Source: an uncultured Clostridia bacterium (lineage in GTDB: Bacteria; Bacillota; Clostridia; TANB77; CAG-508). Taken from it: a DNA stretch of 64,000 nt. The notes under the pieces were generated by a model, which saw nothing but the letters and a program-made list of their open reading frames with translations, was not told the DNA's origin and made no database searches. Made by a program: the position numbers and the translations under genes. Of this stretch, positions 1-10,919 are shown in pieces. The stretch spans positions 3,903 through 67,902 of the forward strand of contig CALXZX010000003.1 of assembly GCA_944393375.1 (NCBI GenBank), in the 5' to 3' direction. How positions within the stretch are numbered: the stretch's first letter is position 1; the number at the start of each line of letters is the position of its first letter.

Positions 1-2
1 TT

Positions 3-539
3 GGAGCAACAACAAAAGCAGGGTCACTTACTACACCATTAAGAGATAGATTTGGAATTGTACACAGATTAGAGTTATATTCTGTTGATGACTTAACAAA
101 AATTGTAAAACGTTCTGCAGGAATTTTAAATGTAGAAATAGAAGACGAAGCAGCAACAGAAATTGCCAGAAGGTCAAGAGGAACTCCTAGAATAGCCAAT
201 CGTTTATTAAAAAGAGTCAGAGATTACGCAGCTGTGTTAGGGGATGGGGATATTACCTTGAAAATCACAAAACATGCATTGAATAAATTAGAAATTGATG
301 AATTAGGATTAGATGAAATTGATAGAAAAATATTGGATACCATGATTGTGCAATATTCAGGAAGACCAGTAGGAATAGAAGCATTGGCTGCAACAGTTGG
401 AGAAGAAGTAGACACTATTGAAGATGTATATGAACCATATTTAATTCAAATTGGATTTATTGCTAGAACATTGAGAGGAAGAATCGTTTTACCACCAGCA
501 TATAAACATTTAGGGTATCCATATCAAGAAAATATCTAA
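3..539 (+). CDS. ruvB: Holliday junction branch-migration helicase RuvB, C-terminal part (5' end lies outside the window)
   Basis: The frame is open from the window edge. The translation ...[16 protein letters not shown]...[18 protein letters not shown]...[17 protein letters not shown] matches the conserved RuvB C-terminus. Confidence 0.9.
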   Translation, partial: GATTKAGSLTTPLRDRFGIVHRLELYSVDDLTKIVKRSAGILNVEIEDEAATEIARRSRGTPRIANRLLKRVRDYAAVLGDGDITLKITKHALNKLEIDELGLDEIDRKILDTMIVQYSGRPVGIEALAATVGEEVDTIEDVYEPYLIQIGFIARTLRGRIVLPPAYKHLGYPYQENI

Positions 540-579
540 AGAATATCAAAAAATATAATATAGTAAAGGAAGTTGAAAA

Positions 580-1140
580 ATGAAACTATTATTACATACT
601 TGTTGTGCACCATGTAGTGTATATTGTATAGATTCACTAAGAAAAGAAGAAATTGAACCAACTGTATATTGGTTTAATCCTAATATTCATCCATATATGG
701 AATATAAAGCAAGAAGGGATTGTTTAAAAGAATACACAAAAAGTATTGATGTAGAAGCTATATTTGAAGAAAACTATGGATTAGATGAATTTTGTAAACA
801 TGTTATAGGAGATTTGCAAAATCGATGTAAAAATTATTGTTATCCAGTTCGTTTGGAACAAACAGTGAAATATGCTAAAGAAAATGGATATACTCATTTT
901 TCTACTACGTTATTGGTTAGTCCATATCAAAATCATGAAGCATTAATAGAAGTAGCAGAACAAATGGCAAAGAAATGTGGAGTAGAATTTTTGTATCGAG
1001 ATTTTCGAGTAGGCTTTAGAGAAGGACAAGCAAAAGCTAGAGAATTAGGATTATATATGCAAAAATATTGTGGTTGTATTTTCTCTGAGGAGGAAAGGTA
1101 CAAAAAGAAAATAGATAAAGACAAAGTTTCTCAAAATTAA
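580..1140 (+). CDS. queH: Epoxyqueuosine reductase QueH (DUF208 family)
   Basis: N-terminus MKLLLHTCCAPCS...WFNPNIHPYMEY and C-terminal Cys pair (YCGCIFSE) are typical of DUF208/QueH. An RBS-like aaggaag lies upstream. Confidence 0.8.
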   Translation: MKLLLHTCCAPCSVYCIDSLRKEEIEPTVYWFNPNIHPYMEYKARRDCLKEYTKSIDVEAIFEENYGLDEFCKHVIGDLQNRCKNYCYPVRLEQTVKYAKENGYTHFSTTLLVSPYQNHEALIEVAEQMAKKCGVEFLYRDFRVGFREGQAKARELGLYMQKYCGCIFSEEERYKKKIDKDKVSQN

Positions 1141-1251
1141 AGTTGTAAGGAAGAAAAATAATAAAACTTGTAAAATATCAAAAAATCTTCTAGTTGAACT
1201 AATTTTTATTTCTTATGCCATAATGATATATGAGTAGTGGAGGCAAGAAAA

Positions 1252-2412
1252 ATGACGCGAGATAAATTAAGAGAAATATTTTATGATTTAGTGAAAGATG
1301 GAGAAAATGGTTTTTCAGTTATTATGGGAGAACTGGATTATGTTAGATTTAATTATTATGAACAAGGACATTTTTTTAATAGAAATATGACAGATATAGA
1401 TTATTTAGGAGATGAAGAAAAAGTAAATGAGGAATATGAAGCAGAGTATTCAAATGGAACTGCTAATTATATTCCATTATTAAAGGTAGATGATACAAAT
1501 AAATTTTTTGCGTTATTGGAAAAATATGTGGATTGTTATTGGAATTTATATGATTTTAATAAGATACCTACAGCATATGGAGAAGAAGATTGTGTAAAAA
1601 CCATATTATTAACCTTTTTGGCCAATGCTAGATATCAAGATTATACTAATCCTATACCATATTTAGAAAGATATATTAACTTTTTTAAAAAAAGTGAATT
1701 ATCAAAATATGAAAATTCAGTTATTAGTAGTCCAATTTCTTTTTTAGAGAATTCAATTATATATGTAACTAACAGGAGAGATTCTTTTGGCTATGAAACT
1801 CCGTATAGATTTGATATATCATTAAAAGTAGAAAATTCAGAATATAAATTACCAATTATAAATTATGGGATAAGTGATGGCGTTTGTTATATTTATGCAA
1901 TACAAAATAAAGAAAAAAATGAAAATAGTCAAACTATAAAAAAGATAAAGAGAAGATTTTATAAAGTAAATGACGGAGTTGAAAATGATACAGATTATGA
2001 TACGAATGATACTATTTTAGGTACTACTCCTAGTTTTATACTTACAATGGCTATTTTCTTGAAAGTACTAAGAGAAAATAATATTGATACTGTTAGAGTA
2101 GTTACTTTATTACCAGATAGATATATGGAAAGAATAGCTACAAATAATGAATTAGATGATAAACAAATTCAATCAAATAGTACGGAAAAAATGATATTGC
2201 TTTGCTATAGATTACAACATCATTTTAAAAATATTGGTGTTAATTATCCTATTGGAGATGGATATAGTTTGATTGATGACGAAAATATAGGGGAAGATGT
2301 AATATTAAGGTTACCAGAAGTAATGGAAACGGATAATCATTTGCTAAATGAAGTCATGAATTCGATTAATTCTGTAAGGTATTTAAGTGGTAAGGAGGAT
2401 AATGTAAGATAG
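1252..2412 (+). CDS. Hypothetical cytoplasmic protein (about 386 aa); no domain recognised
   Basis: Long ORF. GGAGG lies 8 nt upstream of the ATG at 1252; the ORF-track start at 1237 is a GTG inside the RBS. Confidence 0.6.
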   Translation: MTRDKLREIFYDLVKDGENGFSVIMGELDYVRFNYYEQGHFFNRNMTDIDYLGDEEKVNEEYEAEYSNGTANYIPLLKVDDTNKFFALLEKYVDCYWNLYDFNKIPTAYGEEDCVKTILLTFLANARYQDYTNPIPYLERYINFFKKSELSKYENSVISSPISFLENSIIYVTNRRDSFGYETPYRFDISLKVENSEYKLPIINYGISDGVCYIYAIQNKEKNENSQTIKKIKRRFYKVNDGVENDTDYDTNDTILGTTPSFILTMAIFLKVLRENNIDTVRVVTLLPDRYMERIATNNELDDKQIQSNSTEKMILLCYRLQHHFKNIGVNYPIGDGYSLIDDENIGEDVILRLPEVMETDNHLLNEVMNSINSVRYLSGKEDNVR

Positions 2413-2520
2413 TAGTAATAATAAATTTTGTGGTAGAATGGGTTACTTGTAAAGAAGATAGATATCAAAAAATTGAGAGATAAAAAAGATAAATTATAAA
2501 TAATGAAAATAAAGGGAAAG

Positions 2521-4086
2521 ATGAATATTATGTGCAATGTAATTATAATAGGAGCAGGACCAGCAGGATTGACAGCTGCTTATGAATTATCAAAAAATGA
2601 AAAATATAAAGTAATTATGTTAGAGGAGTCTGAAGATGTTGGAGGAATATCTAAAACTATCAAATATAAGCAAAATAGAATGGATATAGGAGGACATAGA
2701 TTTTTTTCAAAGGATGAAACTATTATGAATTTCTGGAAAGAAATCATGCCTTTACAAGGAGAAAAAGCATTTGATGATAAAATATTGGGGAGAACAGCAG
2801 AATTGGAACAAAATGGACCAGACCCAGAAAAAGAAGATAATGTTATGTTGATAAGACATAGGATTTCAAGAATATATTATGCAAGAAAGTTTTTTGATTA
2901 TCCAATTGAAATTAAACCAGAAACCTTTAAAAATATGGGACTAAAAAAGACAATACAAGCAGGATGTAGTTATCTAAAAAGTAGTATATTTAAAAGAAAA
3001 GAAAATTCACTAGAAGACTTTTATATTAATCGATTTGGAAAAGTATTATATCAAATGTTTTTTGAAAAATACACAGAAAAAGTATGGGGAAGACATCCAA
3101 GTCAAATTTCACCAGATTGGGGAAAGCAACGTGCCAAAGGACTTTCAATAGCGACAATCTTAAAAGATATGGTTTATAAAATTTTAAAAATAAAAAATAA
3201 CAAAAATGTGGAAATATCTTTAATAGAAAAATTTTGGTATCCCAAATATGGACCTGGACAATTATGGGAGAGACTTGCTCAAATAATAGAGAAAAAAGGA
3301 GTAATGATAAAACGTGGATATAAAGTGCAAAAAATCATAAAACAAAATGGAAAGATAAAATCAGTAATATGTTTACATGATGGAAATGAAGAAGAATTTG
3401 CAGGAGATATATTTATATCTTCAATGCCTTTAAAAAATTTGGTAGAGAATATAAAACAGGAACAAGTACCAGAAAATATATTAGACATTGCAAGTAACTT
3501 ACCATATAGAGACTTTATAACCATAGGAATCTTGGTAGATAAATTAAAAATAAAAAATGAAACAACTATAAAAACACTAGGGGATATAGTACCAGATTGT
3601 TGGATATATGTGCAAGAACCAGATGTGAAAGTTGGAAGGATACAAATCTTTAATAATTGGTCACCATATTTAGTAGAAAAACCAAAAGAAAATGTTTGGA
3701 TTGGTTTAGAATATTTTTGCAAAGAAAATGATGACTTGTGGAATATGTCTGAAGAAGATTTTAAAAATATGGCAATAAATGAATTGACAAAAATAGGAAT
3801 ATTAGAAAATACGACAATGGTTAAAGATGTTCATATAGAAAAAATAAAAAAGGCTTATCCAGCATATTTTGATACATATGAAAAAATAGATGAATTGATA
3901 AAATACCTAAATGAAATAGAAAATTTATATTGTATAGGAAGAAATGGACAGCATAGATATAATAATATGGACCACGCAATGTTAACAGCAATAGAAGCAG
4001 TTAAAGATATAAAAGAAAATAGAAAAGACAAATCAAATATTTGGAAGGTAAATACAGAAAAAAGATATCATGAGATAAAAAGGTAA
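2521..4086 (+). CDS. NAD(P)/FAD-dependent oxidoreductase (amine-oxidase / UDP-galactopyranose-mutase-like fold)
   Basis: N-terminal dinucleotide-binding motif [16 protein letters not shown]...LEESEDVGG and GGHRFF. The start could be 2503 or 2521. Confidence 0.7.
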   Translation: MNIMCNVIIIGAGPAGLTAAYELSKNEKYKVIMLEESEDVGGISKTIKYKQNRMDIGGHRFFSKDETIMNFWKEIMPLQGEKAFDDKILGRTAELEQNGPDPEKEDNVMLIRHRISRIYYARKFFDYPIEIKPETFKNMGLKKTIQAGCSYLKSSIFKRKENSLEDFYINRFGKVLYQMFFEKYTEKVWGRHPSQISPDWGKQRAKGLSIATILKDMVYKILKIKNNKNVEISLIEKFWYPKYGPGQLWERLAQIIEKKGVMIKRGYKVQKIIKQNGKIKSVICLHDGNEEEFAGDIFISSMPLKNLVENIKQEQVPENILDIASNLPYRDFITIGILVDKLKIKNETTIKTLGDIVPDCWIYVQEPDVKVGRIQIFNNWSPYLVEKPKENVWIGLEYFCKENDDLWNMSEEDFKNMAINELTKIGILENTTMVKDVHIEKIKKAYPAYFDTYEKIDELIKYLNEIENLYCIGRNGQHRYNNMDHAMLTAIEAVKDIKENRKDKSNIWKVNTEKRYHEIKR

Positions 4087-4099
4087 AAGAGGTAACCAT

Positions 4100-5587
4100 A
4101 TGTTAATGATACTAGTTTTTTTTATAATAATAGGATATGTATTATATAAAGTAAATATATTTAAAGAACCATATACTGGAAAAATGTCTCAAAGAATCAT
4201 CATTATTAGTTTTGTGTTTTTATTTATTCTAATGTTAGGAATTAAACCAAGTTTTGTACCAATTTTTTTGGAAGGAGAAAATGATATTTATAATAAATGT
4301 CTAGTAGATGCTATATTAGAAGGAAAAACTAGTATAGATATAGAGCCATCAGAAGAATTAAAACAACTAGAAAATCCATATGATCCGAATCAGAGAGAAG
4401 ATGTAGAATATTCTTTTGACACAGCATATTATAATGGTAAATATTATGTATATTTCGGAATTGTTCCAGCAATATTTGTATTTGTACCATTTACACTTTT
4501 AACAGGGCAATATTTACAAACCAATATAGCGACATTTTTATTTATTAGTCTATCGATTGTAGCAAGTACAGTTTTAATAATACAGATATATAAACGTTGG
4601 TTTAAAAACATACCATTTAATTTATTATTTGTATTTATTATAGCAGGATGTATTTCTGGACTATATATATGGAATACATGGAGAATGTGGCTATATGAAT
4701 TAACATTAATTTCAGGATACTTTTTTGTTCAGCTGGGATTGATATGTATATTGATGGCTACTAAGGAAGAAAAAAAGGTTAATCTAAAATATGTATTTTT
4801 AGCATGTTTATCTATGGCATTAGCAGTGGGATGTAGGCCAACATTAGTATTGTCATCTGCTTTGCTACTACCATTTTTATATAAAATAGTAAGACAAGCC
4901 TATGAAAATAAGAATTTAAAAAAGACATTAGTTTTTATAATTATACCATATGTCATTGTGGCAATTCCATTAATGTTATACAATTATGTAAGATTTGATA
5001 GTATTTTTGAATTTGGAGCGAAATATCAATTAACAGTAGTAGATGTAACAGATTTATCAGAAAGGTATAAAGATATTCCTAAAGGAATGTATCAATACTT
5101 ATTACAACCACCAAAACTAAAAGGAGAATTTCCATATATATATACTGATTTTAGTGAAGATGGACATACTTTAAATTATTGTAATGGTGGTATTGTTTGT
5201 GGAATTCTATTTTTAAATTTAACAATTATAGGTTGTATTTTTTGGTATAAATATTATAAAAAAGTAAAAGATTCTGTTTTAAAAGGGTTGATGATTGCTC
5301 TACCAATTGTTGGAGTGGTAATGTGCATGTTAGTTGTGTATATGGGAGGAACGATACAACGATATGCTGTTGATTTCTTTTGGATGTTTTCTGTATTAGC
5401 AATGATTATTTGGTTTTTTATGTATGAAAATGCCAAAAAAGAAAGTACCAAAAAAATTATTTTAATAACAGTTCTTATATTGATAGGAATTAGTATTTTA
5501 ATTAATTTTATTGGAACATTTTTAAATACAGAGATGAACTATTTAGAAAGATTCTTTCCAGATATATTTCATTTTTTTGAATTTTAG
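4100..5587 (+). CDS. Polytopic integral membrane protein, possible GT-C-type glycosyltransferase
   Basis: 495-aa ORF with more than 10 hydrophobic segments, directly downstream of the FAD oxidoreductase. Function is inferred only from topology and context. Confidence 0.55.
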   Translation: MLMILVFFIIIGYVLYKVNIFKEPYTGKMSQRIIIISFVFLFILMLGIKPSFVPIFLEGENDIYNKCLVDAILEGKTSIDIEPSEELKQLENPYDPNQREDVEYSFDTAYYNGKYYVYFGIVPAIFVFVPFTLLTGQYLQTNIATFLFISLSIVASTVLIIQIYKRWFKNIPFNLLFVFIIAGCISGLYIWNTWRMWLYELTLISGYFFVQLGLICILMATKEEKKVNLKYVFLACLSMALAVGCRPTLVLSSALLLPFLYKIVRQAYENKNLKKTLVFIIIPYVIVAIPLMLYNYVRFDSIFEFGAKYQLTVVDVTDLSERYKDIPKGMYQYLLQPPKLKGEFPYIYTDFSEDGHTLNYCNGGIVCGILFLNLTIIGCIFWYKYYKKVKDSVLKGLMIALPIVGVVMCMLVVYMGGTIQRYAVDFFWMFSVLAMIIWFFMYENAKKESTKKIILITVLILIGISILINFIGTFLNTEMNYLERFFPDIFHFFEF

Positions 5588-5655
5588 AAATGGTATTTAA
5601 TATAACTAAAAGACAAGCCAAAAAATAAAAAACTTTAATAATATAGGAGAAAAGA

Positions 5656-7113
5656 ATGAAGGAAAAAGTAATAGGATTTATAAATTCAAAAAAAGTTATA
5701 ATGGTAGTTTTTATATTAGCTTCTATTTTGTTTGCTGTACCATCTATTCAGTATTTATTAGAAAATAAAACAATAGGTAATTTTAACGAATATTATAAAT
5801 TTTGTTTAAATGATACAAATACTGTTGATCAAACGATAATATATATTGCTATTTTAATAGTATTGACGATATTTTATTTTTTGATTGTAAAAAATAGAGA
5901 AAAAATCTTTAAAAACAATAAGCAGATGTATATGTATATAGCGATTATTTCACTAATTTTTGTCATAGTTGTGCCATTCTTAAGTTCAGATGTATTTTAT
6001 TACTTAGGAGTGGGAAGATTAGATAGCAAATATGGACAAAATCCATATTATGTAACAATACAAGAATTTGTAGAAAGTGGAAATAATAGCCAATATTTAG
6101 AACAAGATACAGTATTAGCAAATGGATATGAAAATTATTGGGCAAATACAACGGTTGTATATGGACCGATATGGACATTGATTTGTAAGATTGTAACAGG
6201 AATTTCTTTTGGAAACATTGATATAGCATTATTAGTACTAAAATTGCTAAATATGGCAATTCATCTATTAAATTGTTATCTTATTTATAAATTAACAGGA
6301 AAAAAATTATTTGTATTACTATATGGACTAAATCCATATATGTTTATAGAAGGTATTGCAAATGTACATAATGATATATATGTTGTAACATGTATATTAT
6401 CTTCTTTATATTTCTTATTAAAAAAGAAGAATATTATTGCTAGTATTGTATTTTTAGCATTGGCTACAGCCATAAAATATTTTGCGATTTTACTATTACC
6501 ATTTATCATTATTTATCATTTTAGAGATAAAAAGCCTTTAGAAAGATTGAAGAAATGCTTTTTATATGGTATGCTATTTGTATTTATAGTAGCAATTACT
6601 TATTTACTATATGTCCAAGACATACAAGTACTAAATGGAATTATGGTACAACAAGAAAAATTTGCGAAAAACTTTTATATTATATTAATGGAATATTTTG
6701 ATATACCGAATTTGCTTATTAATGTAAATGCTGTATTTTTAGGTTTATTTATTATTATCTATTTCTTTACTTGTTTGACATTATTATATAAAAAACAGAT
6801 AACATTTAGAGAAGAAATAAGAAAAGTAGAATATTTTTTAGTAGCATTCTTGTTTTTACTAATTACCAATTTTCAAACATGGTATATTATGTGGTTATTT
6901 CCATTAATGATGTGGCAAAGGAAAAGGATGATACAATTGGTTGTACAAATCGCATTAATCAGTCAATTTTCCAATAGTGTTTTTTTAATAAATGGAGAAG
7001 GATGGAAAAATGGAACACCATTTACATTTTTCATGTTGCTAGGTATTTTTATGTGTTTTAATGTTAGCGATATTTTGCATAGTTCAAAAAAGAAAAAAAT
7101 TACAAATTTTTGA
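5656..7113 (+). CDS. Polytopic integral membrane protein, GT-C / DUF2029-like glycosyltransferase candidate
   Basis: 485-aa ORF with many TM segments. An early extracytoplasmic acidic loop (SSDVFYYLGVGRLD) resembles GT-C enzymes. RBS taggagaaaag. Confidence 0.5.
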   Translation: MKEKVIGFINSKKVIMVVFILASILFAVPSIQYLLENKTIGNFNEYYKFCLNDTNTVDQTIIYIAILIVLTIFYFLIVKNREKIFKNNKQMYMYIAIISLIFVIVVPFLSSDVFYYLGVGRLDSKYGQNPYYVTIQEFVESGNNSQYLEQDTVLANGYENYWANTTVVYGPIWTLICKIVTGISFGNIDIALLVLKLLNMAIHLLNCYLIYKLTGKKLFVLLYGLNPYMFIEGIANVHNDIYVVTCILSSLYFLLKKKNIIASIVFLALATAIKYFAILLLPFIIIYHFRDKKPLERLKKCFLYGMLFVFIVAITYLLYVQDIQVLNGIMVQQEKFAKNFYIILMEYFDIPNLLINVNAVFLGLFIIIYFFTCLTLLYKKQITFREEIRKVEYFLVAFLFLLITNFQTWYIMWLFPLMMWQRKRMIQLVVQIALISQFSNSVFLINGEGWKNGTPFTFFMLLGIFMCFNVSDILHSSKKKKITNF

Positions 7114-7156
7114 AATTATAAATAAGAATAAAAAATTTTATTTAAAAGAGAATTGT

Positions 7157-7466
7157 GTGAGAAAGAAAATAAGAAATTTATTGCTTAGCCTATCTATTAT
7201 TATTTTAATAATAGGTATCATTGTAGGAATCAGTGTAAGCAATGAATTAATAAGTTATATGACACCCAAGGACAATTTGACTGTGTGATGATACTGATAT
7301 TTCAGGAATAGCAGGACTTATAGGATTATTAGGTGCAAAAATGATGGGAACATTCATTATATTTGGAAGTATAGGAATAGATTTCGTTATTTGGATTTTA
7401 TATGGTATTGGAAATTTGATTATGAAATTAATAAGAGAAATTGAAGATAGAAAAAATAAACTTTAA
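7157..7466 (+). pseudogene. Small 2-3 TM membrane protein split by a +1 frame change at GTG-TGA-T (7283-7289)
   Basis: Frame A reads VRKKIRNLLLSLSIIILIIGIIVGISV...PKDNLTV and stops at 7286-7288. The +1 frame continues DDTDISGIAGLIGLLGAKMMGTFIIFGSIGIDFVIWILYG...RKNKL to 7466. The +1 frame is closed just upstream (TGA at 7278-7280). Confidence 0.3.
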
Positions 7467-7498
7467 AGACTGGTCACTTAAGTTCAAAGGAGGAAACT

Positions 7499-10201
7499 AT
7501 GGATAATTTTGTTTTAATAGATGGGAATAGTATTATGAACAGAGCATTTTATGGAATTATGGGAAGTAAAATGCTAACAACAAGAGATGGAAAGTATACA
7601 AATGCTGTATATGGCTTTTTAGCAATTTTGTTTAAATTAATAGAAGATACGAATCCCAAATATATGGCTGTGGCATTTGACCTAAAAGCACCAACAGCAA
7701 GACATAAATTATATGAAGGATATAAAGCAAATCGAAAAGGAATGCCAGATGAACTTGCAGAACAAATGCCATTAATCAAAGAAATATTAAGAGCTATGAA
7801 TATTGATATTGTTGAAAAAGAAGGGTATGAAGCAGATGATGTTTTAGGAACACTTTCTAGATATGGAGAAAACCAAGGACTTCATGTTACCATATTATCA
7901 GGAGATAGAGATACCTTTCAATTAGCGACAGATAATGTAACCATTAGAATTCCTAGAACAAAAGGTGGAAAAACAGAAACAGATTTATTTGATAGAAACA
8001 AAATATTGGAAACTTATGGCATAGAACCGAAACAATTAATCGAGGTAAAAGGATTACAAGGTGACAGTTCAGATAATATACCAGGTGTTCCAGGAATTGG
8101 AGAAAAAACAGCATTATCTTTAATTCAAAAATATGGTTCTATTGACAATCTATATGATAAAATAGAAAAAAATGAAGATGATTTGAAAGGAAAGCAAAGA
8201 GAAAAGATTAAAGATAATAAAGAATTAGCAGAATTATCCAAAACATTAGGAACGATTAATTTAGAAGTACCAATAGAAGATACATTAGAACAATTCAAAG
8301 TAGAAGAATGGGATAAAGAAAAAGTATTAACACTATTTAAAGAATTAAATTTTAATCGATATATTGAAAGATTCCATTTAACAGGAGAAAAAGATGATGG
8401 GGAAGAAGAAAACTATAAAATAGAATTTAAGACGGTTGAAAAATCAATAGAAGAAATCATGGATATTATAAAAGAACAAAAAAATATGGTCTTTTATTTA
8501 CAAACAGAAACAGACCAATTACCTGAAAATATTATAAAAGAAAAAATAACAGGAATGAGTCTATATAATCCAGATACTCAGGAAGCTTATTATATAAAAT
8601 TAAATCAAGAGAAAATAACAAAATTAAAAGACATATTCGAAGATGCAAATATAAAAAAGACAAGTATCAATTTAGCAAAAGTATATATTTTATTAAAACA
8701 AGTAGACATTACATTAGAAGGAATTGAAAATGATATATCTATTGGAGCATATATTTTAAATCCAACAAATAATAAATTAGACCTTAAAAATTTAGCAATG
8801 CAATATTTAGAATTGGATATAGAAGAATATATAGGAGAAGAAGATAATCAAAAACAAATGACTTTATTTGAAGAAAATGATACTCAAAAAGATAAAAAGG
8901 ATTTAGAAAAATATACTTTGCATGCGTATGTCATTGAAAAAATAAACATTATGATTTTACAAAAATTAAAAGAAACTAATAGCTTTGACTTATATACGAA
9001 TATTGATATGCCAACAGTAGAGGTTCTATCTAGTATGCAATGGAATGGAATGTATGTAGATGAACGAGAACTAAGTGCATTTGGAGAAGAACTGACTTCA
9101 CAAATTGAAGTTTTGACAAAGGTAATTCATGAAATGGCAGGAGAAGAATTTAATATTAATTCTACAAAACAATTAGGAGAAATTCTTTTTGAAAAAATGA
9201 AATTACCAGTTATTAAGAAAACAAAAAATGGATATTCTACAGATGTAGATGTTTTAGAAAAGCTAAAAAGAGAAGAGCCAATTATTGGAAAGATATTAGA
9301 GTATAGACAATTAATGAAATTAAATTCTACATATGTAGAAGGATTAAAACCATTTATTAATCCAAAAACCAAAAGAATTCACTCCTTTTTCCATCAAACC
9401 ATAACAGCAACAGGAAGAATTAGTTCAACAGAGCCTAATTTGCAAAATATTCCTACTAGGTTTGAGTTGGGAAAAAGAGTAAGAAAAGTATTTAAACCAG
9501 AAGAAGGAAAAGTCTATATTGATGCAGACTATTCACAAATAGAATTAAGAGTATTGGCACATATTTCAGAAGATAAACATATGATAGATGCTTTTAACCA
9601 TAATGAAGATATTCATAAACAAGCAGCTTCAAAAGTTTTTAAAACACCAATTGATGAAGTAACCAAAGAACAAAGAAGTAATGCAAAAGCTGTAAATTTT
9701 GGAATTGTTTATGGAATTAGTGATTTTGGATTGGCAGAGCAACTAGGAATTTCTAGAAAAAAAGCAAAACAATATATAGATGAATATTTAACAGAGTATG
9801 CAGGAATAAAAGAATTTATGGAGAATATTATTGAAAAGACAAAAGAACAAGGATATGTTGAAACTTTATTCCACAGAAGAAGATATGTACCAGAATTGAA
9901 TTCAAAAAATTATATGGTAAGACAATTTGGAAATAGAGTAGCAATGAATACACCAATTCAAGGAACAGCAGCTGACATCATGAAAATAGCCATGATTAAT
10001 GTAAATAAAGAATTGAAAAAAAGAGATTTAAAAGCTAAGATTATTTTACAAGTACATGATGAAATGATGATAGAAGCACCAGAAAGTGAAAAAGAAGAAG
10101 TAAAAGATATCATGAAAAAGGAAATGGAGTCTGCAATACAATTAAAAATACCACTTGTTGCAGAAATATCAGAAGCAAAAAATTGGTATGATTGTAAATG
10201 A
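7499..10201 (+). CDS. polA: DNA polymerase I
   Basis: 900 aa. 5'-nuclease N-terminus (LIDGNSIMNRAFYG), pol motifs DYSQIELRVLAH and QVHDE. RBS aaggagg. Confidence 0.95.
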   Translation: MDNFVLIDGNSIMNRAFYGIMGSKMLTTRDGKYTNAVYGFLAILFKLIEDTNPKYMAVAFDLKAPTARHKLYEGYKANRKGMPDELAEQMPLIKEILRAMNIDIVEKEGYEADDVLGTLSRYGENQGLHVTILSGDRDTFQLATDNVTIRIPRTKGGKTETDLFDRNKILETYGIEPKQLIEVKGLQGDSSDNIPGVPGIGEKTALSLIQKYGSIDNLYDKIEKNEDDLKGKQREKIKDNKELAELSKTLGTINLEVPIEDTLEQFKVEEWDKEKVLTLFKELNFNRYIERFHLTGEKDDGEEENYKIEFKTVEKSIEEIMDIIKEQKNMVFYLQTETDQLPENIIKEKITGMSLYNPDTQEAYYIKLNQEKITKLKDIFEDANIKKTSINLAKVYILLKQVDITLEGIENDISIGAYILNPTNNKLDLKNLAMQYLELDIEEYIGEEDNQKQMTLFEENDTQKDKKDLEKYTLHAYVIEKINIMILQKLKETNSFDLYTNIDMPTVEVLSSMQWNGMYVDERELSAFGEELTSQIEVLTKVIHEMAGEEFNINSTKQLGEILFEKMKLPVIKKTKNGYSTDVDVLEKLKREEPIIGKILEYRQLMKLNSTYVEGLKPFINPKTKRIHSFFHQTITATGRISSTEPNLQNIPTRFELGKRVRKVFKPEEGKVYIDADYSQIELRVLAHISEDKHMIDAFNHNEDIHKQAASKVFKTPIDEVTKEQRSNAKAVNFGIVYGISDFGLAEQLGISRKKAKQYIDEYLTEYAGIKEFMENIIEKTKEQGYVETLFHRRRYVPELNSKNYMVRQFGNRVAMNTPIQGTAADIMKIAMINVNKELKKRDLKAKIILQVHDEMMIEAPESEKEEVKDIMKKEMESAIQLKIPLVAEISEAKNWYDCK

Positions 10202-10287
10202 TTTTAAATGTTTCTTCATTCATTAGCAAACAAAATAAAATGATGTGAAAATATTAGGGAGTTTAAAATCGAAAAGGAGAGGAAATT

Positions 10288-10857
10288 TTGTTGAAAAACA
10301 AATATAAAATTATAATTGGTACGGCTATTATGATAATCATAGTAGTCATACTATTTGTTCTGTTTAAAGATAAATTATTAAAAATACTATACCCTAAAAC
10401 ATATAGTGAAATTATATCAGTCTATGCAGAAGAATATGATGTAGAAGAAAATTTAATATATGCAGTCATAAAAGCAGAAAGTAATTTTAATAGTGAAGCA
10501 GTTTCTAATAGAGATGCAATTGGACTAATGCAAATTGTAGAAGAAACAGCTATTGATGTTGCTAATAAAAACCAGATAGATGTAGATACTGAAAATATAG
10601 TAGAAGAATTATTAGATATTGATAATAATATTAATATAGGAACAAAATATCTTTCAACATTATTAACACAATATGGAAATATAGAAGTAGCATTGGCAGC
10701 ATATAATGCAGGTATTGGAACTGTAAACAATTGGATAGAAAAGCAAGTCATACAAGCAGATGGCTCAGATATTGAAAATATACCATATAAAGAAACAAAT
10801 AATTATGTCAGAAAAATATTAAGAGACTATGGTGTATATAATGAGTTATATGGATAA
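10288..10857 (+). CDS. Membrane-anchored lytic transglycosylase (SLT domain)
   Basis: N-terminal TM segment, then AESNFNSEAVSNRDAIGLMQI...AYNAG, the SLT catalytic-Glu and AYNAG motifs. TTG start after ggagagg. Confidence 0.8.
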   Translation: MLKNKYKIIIGTAIMIIIVVILFVLFKDKLLKILYPKTYSEIISVYAEEYDVEENLIYAVIKAESNFNSEAVSNRDAIGLMQIVEETAIDVANKNQIDVDTENIVEELLDIDNNINIGTKYLSTLLTQYGNIEVALAAYNAGIGTVNNWIEKQVIQADGSDIENIPYKETNNYVRKILRDYGVYNELYG

Positions 10858-10858
10858 T

Positions 10859-10893
10859 GGGACAATTGGGGACGTTTCTTTTTGGACATTTTT
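10859..10893 (+). repeat. REP-like intergenic repeat, copy R1 (GGGACAATTGGGGACGTTTCTTTTTGGACATTTTT)
   Basis: Starts 2 nt after the stop of the SLT gene. Near-identical to the copies at 15123, 16094(-), 40431, 46023 and 56144(-). Confidence 0.9.
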
Positions 10894-10919
10894 AAAAAAT
10901 AGAGAAAATAGGAGAATAC

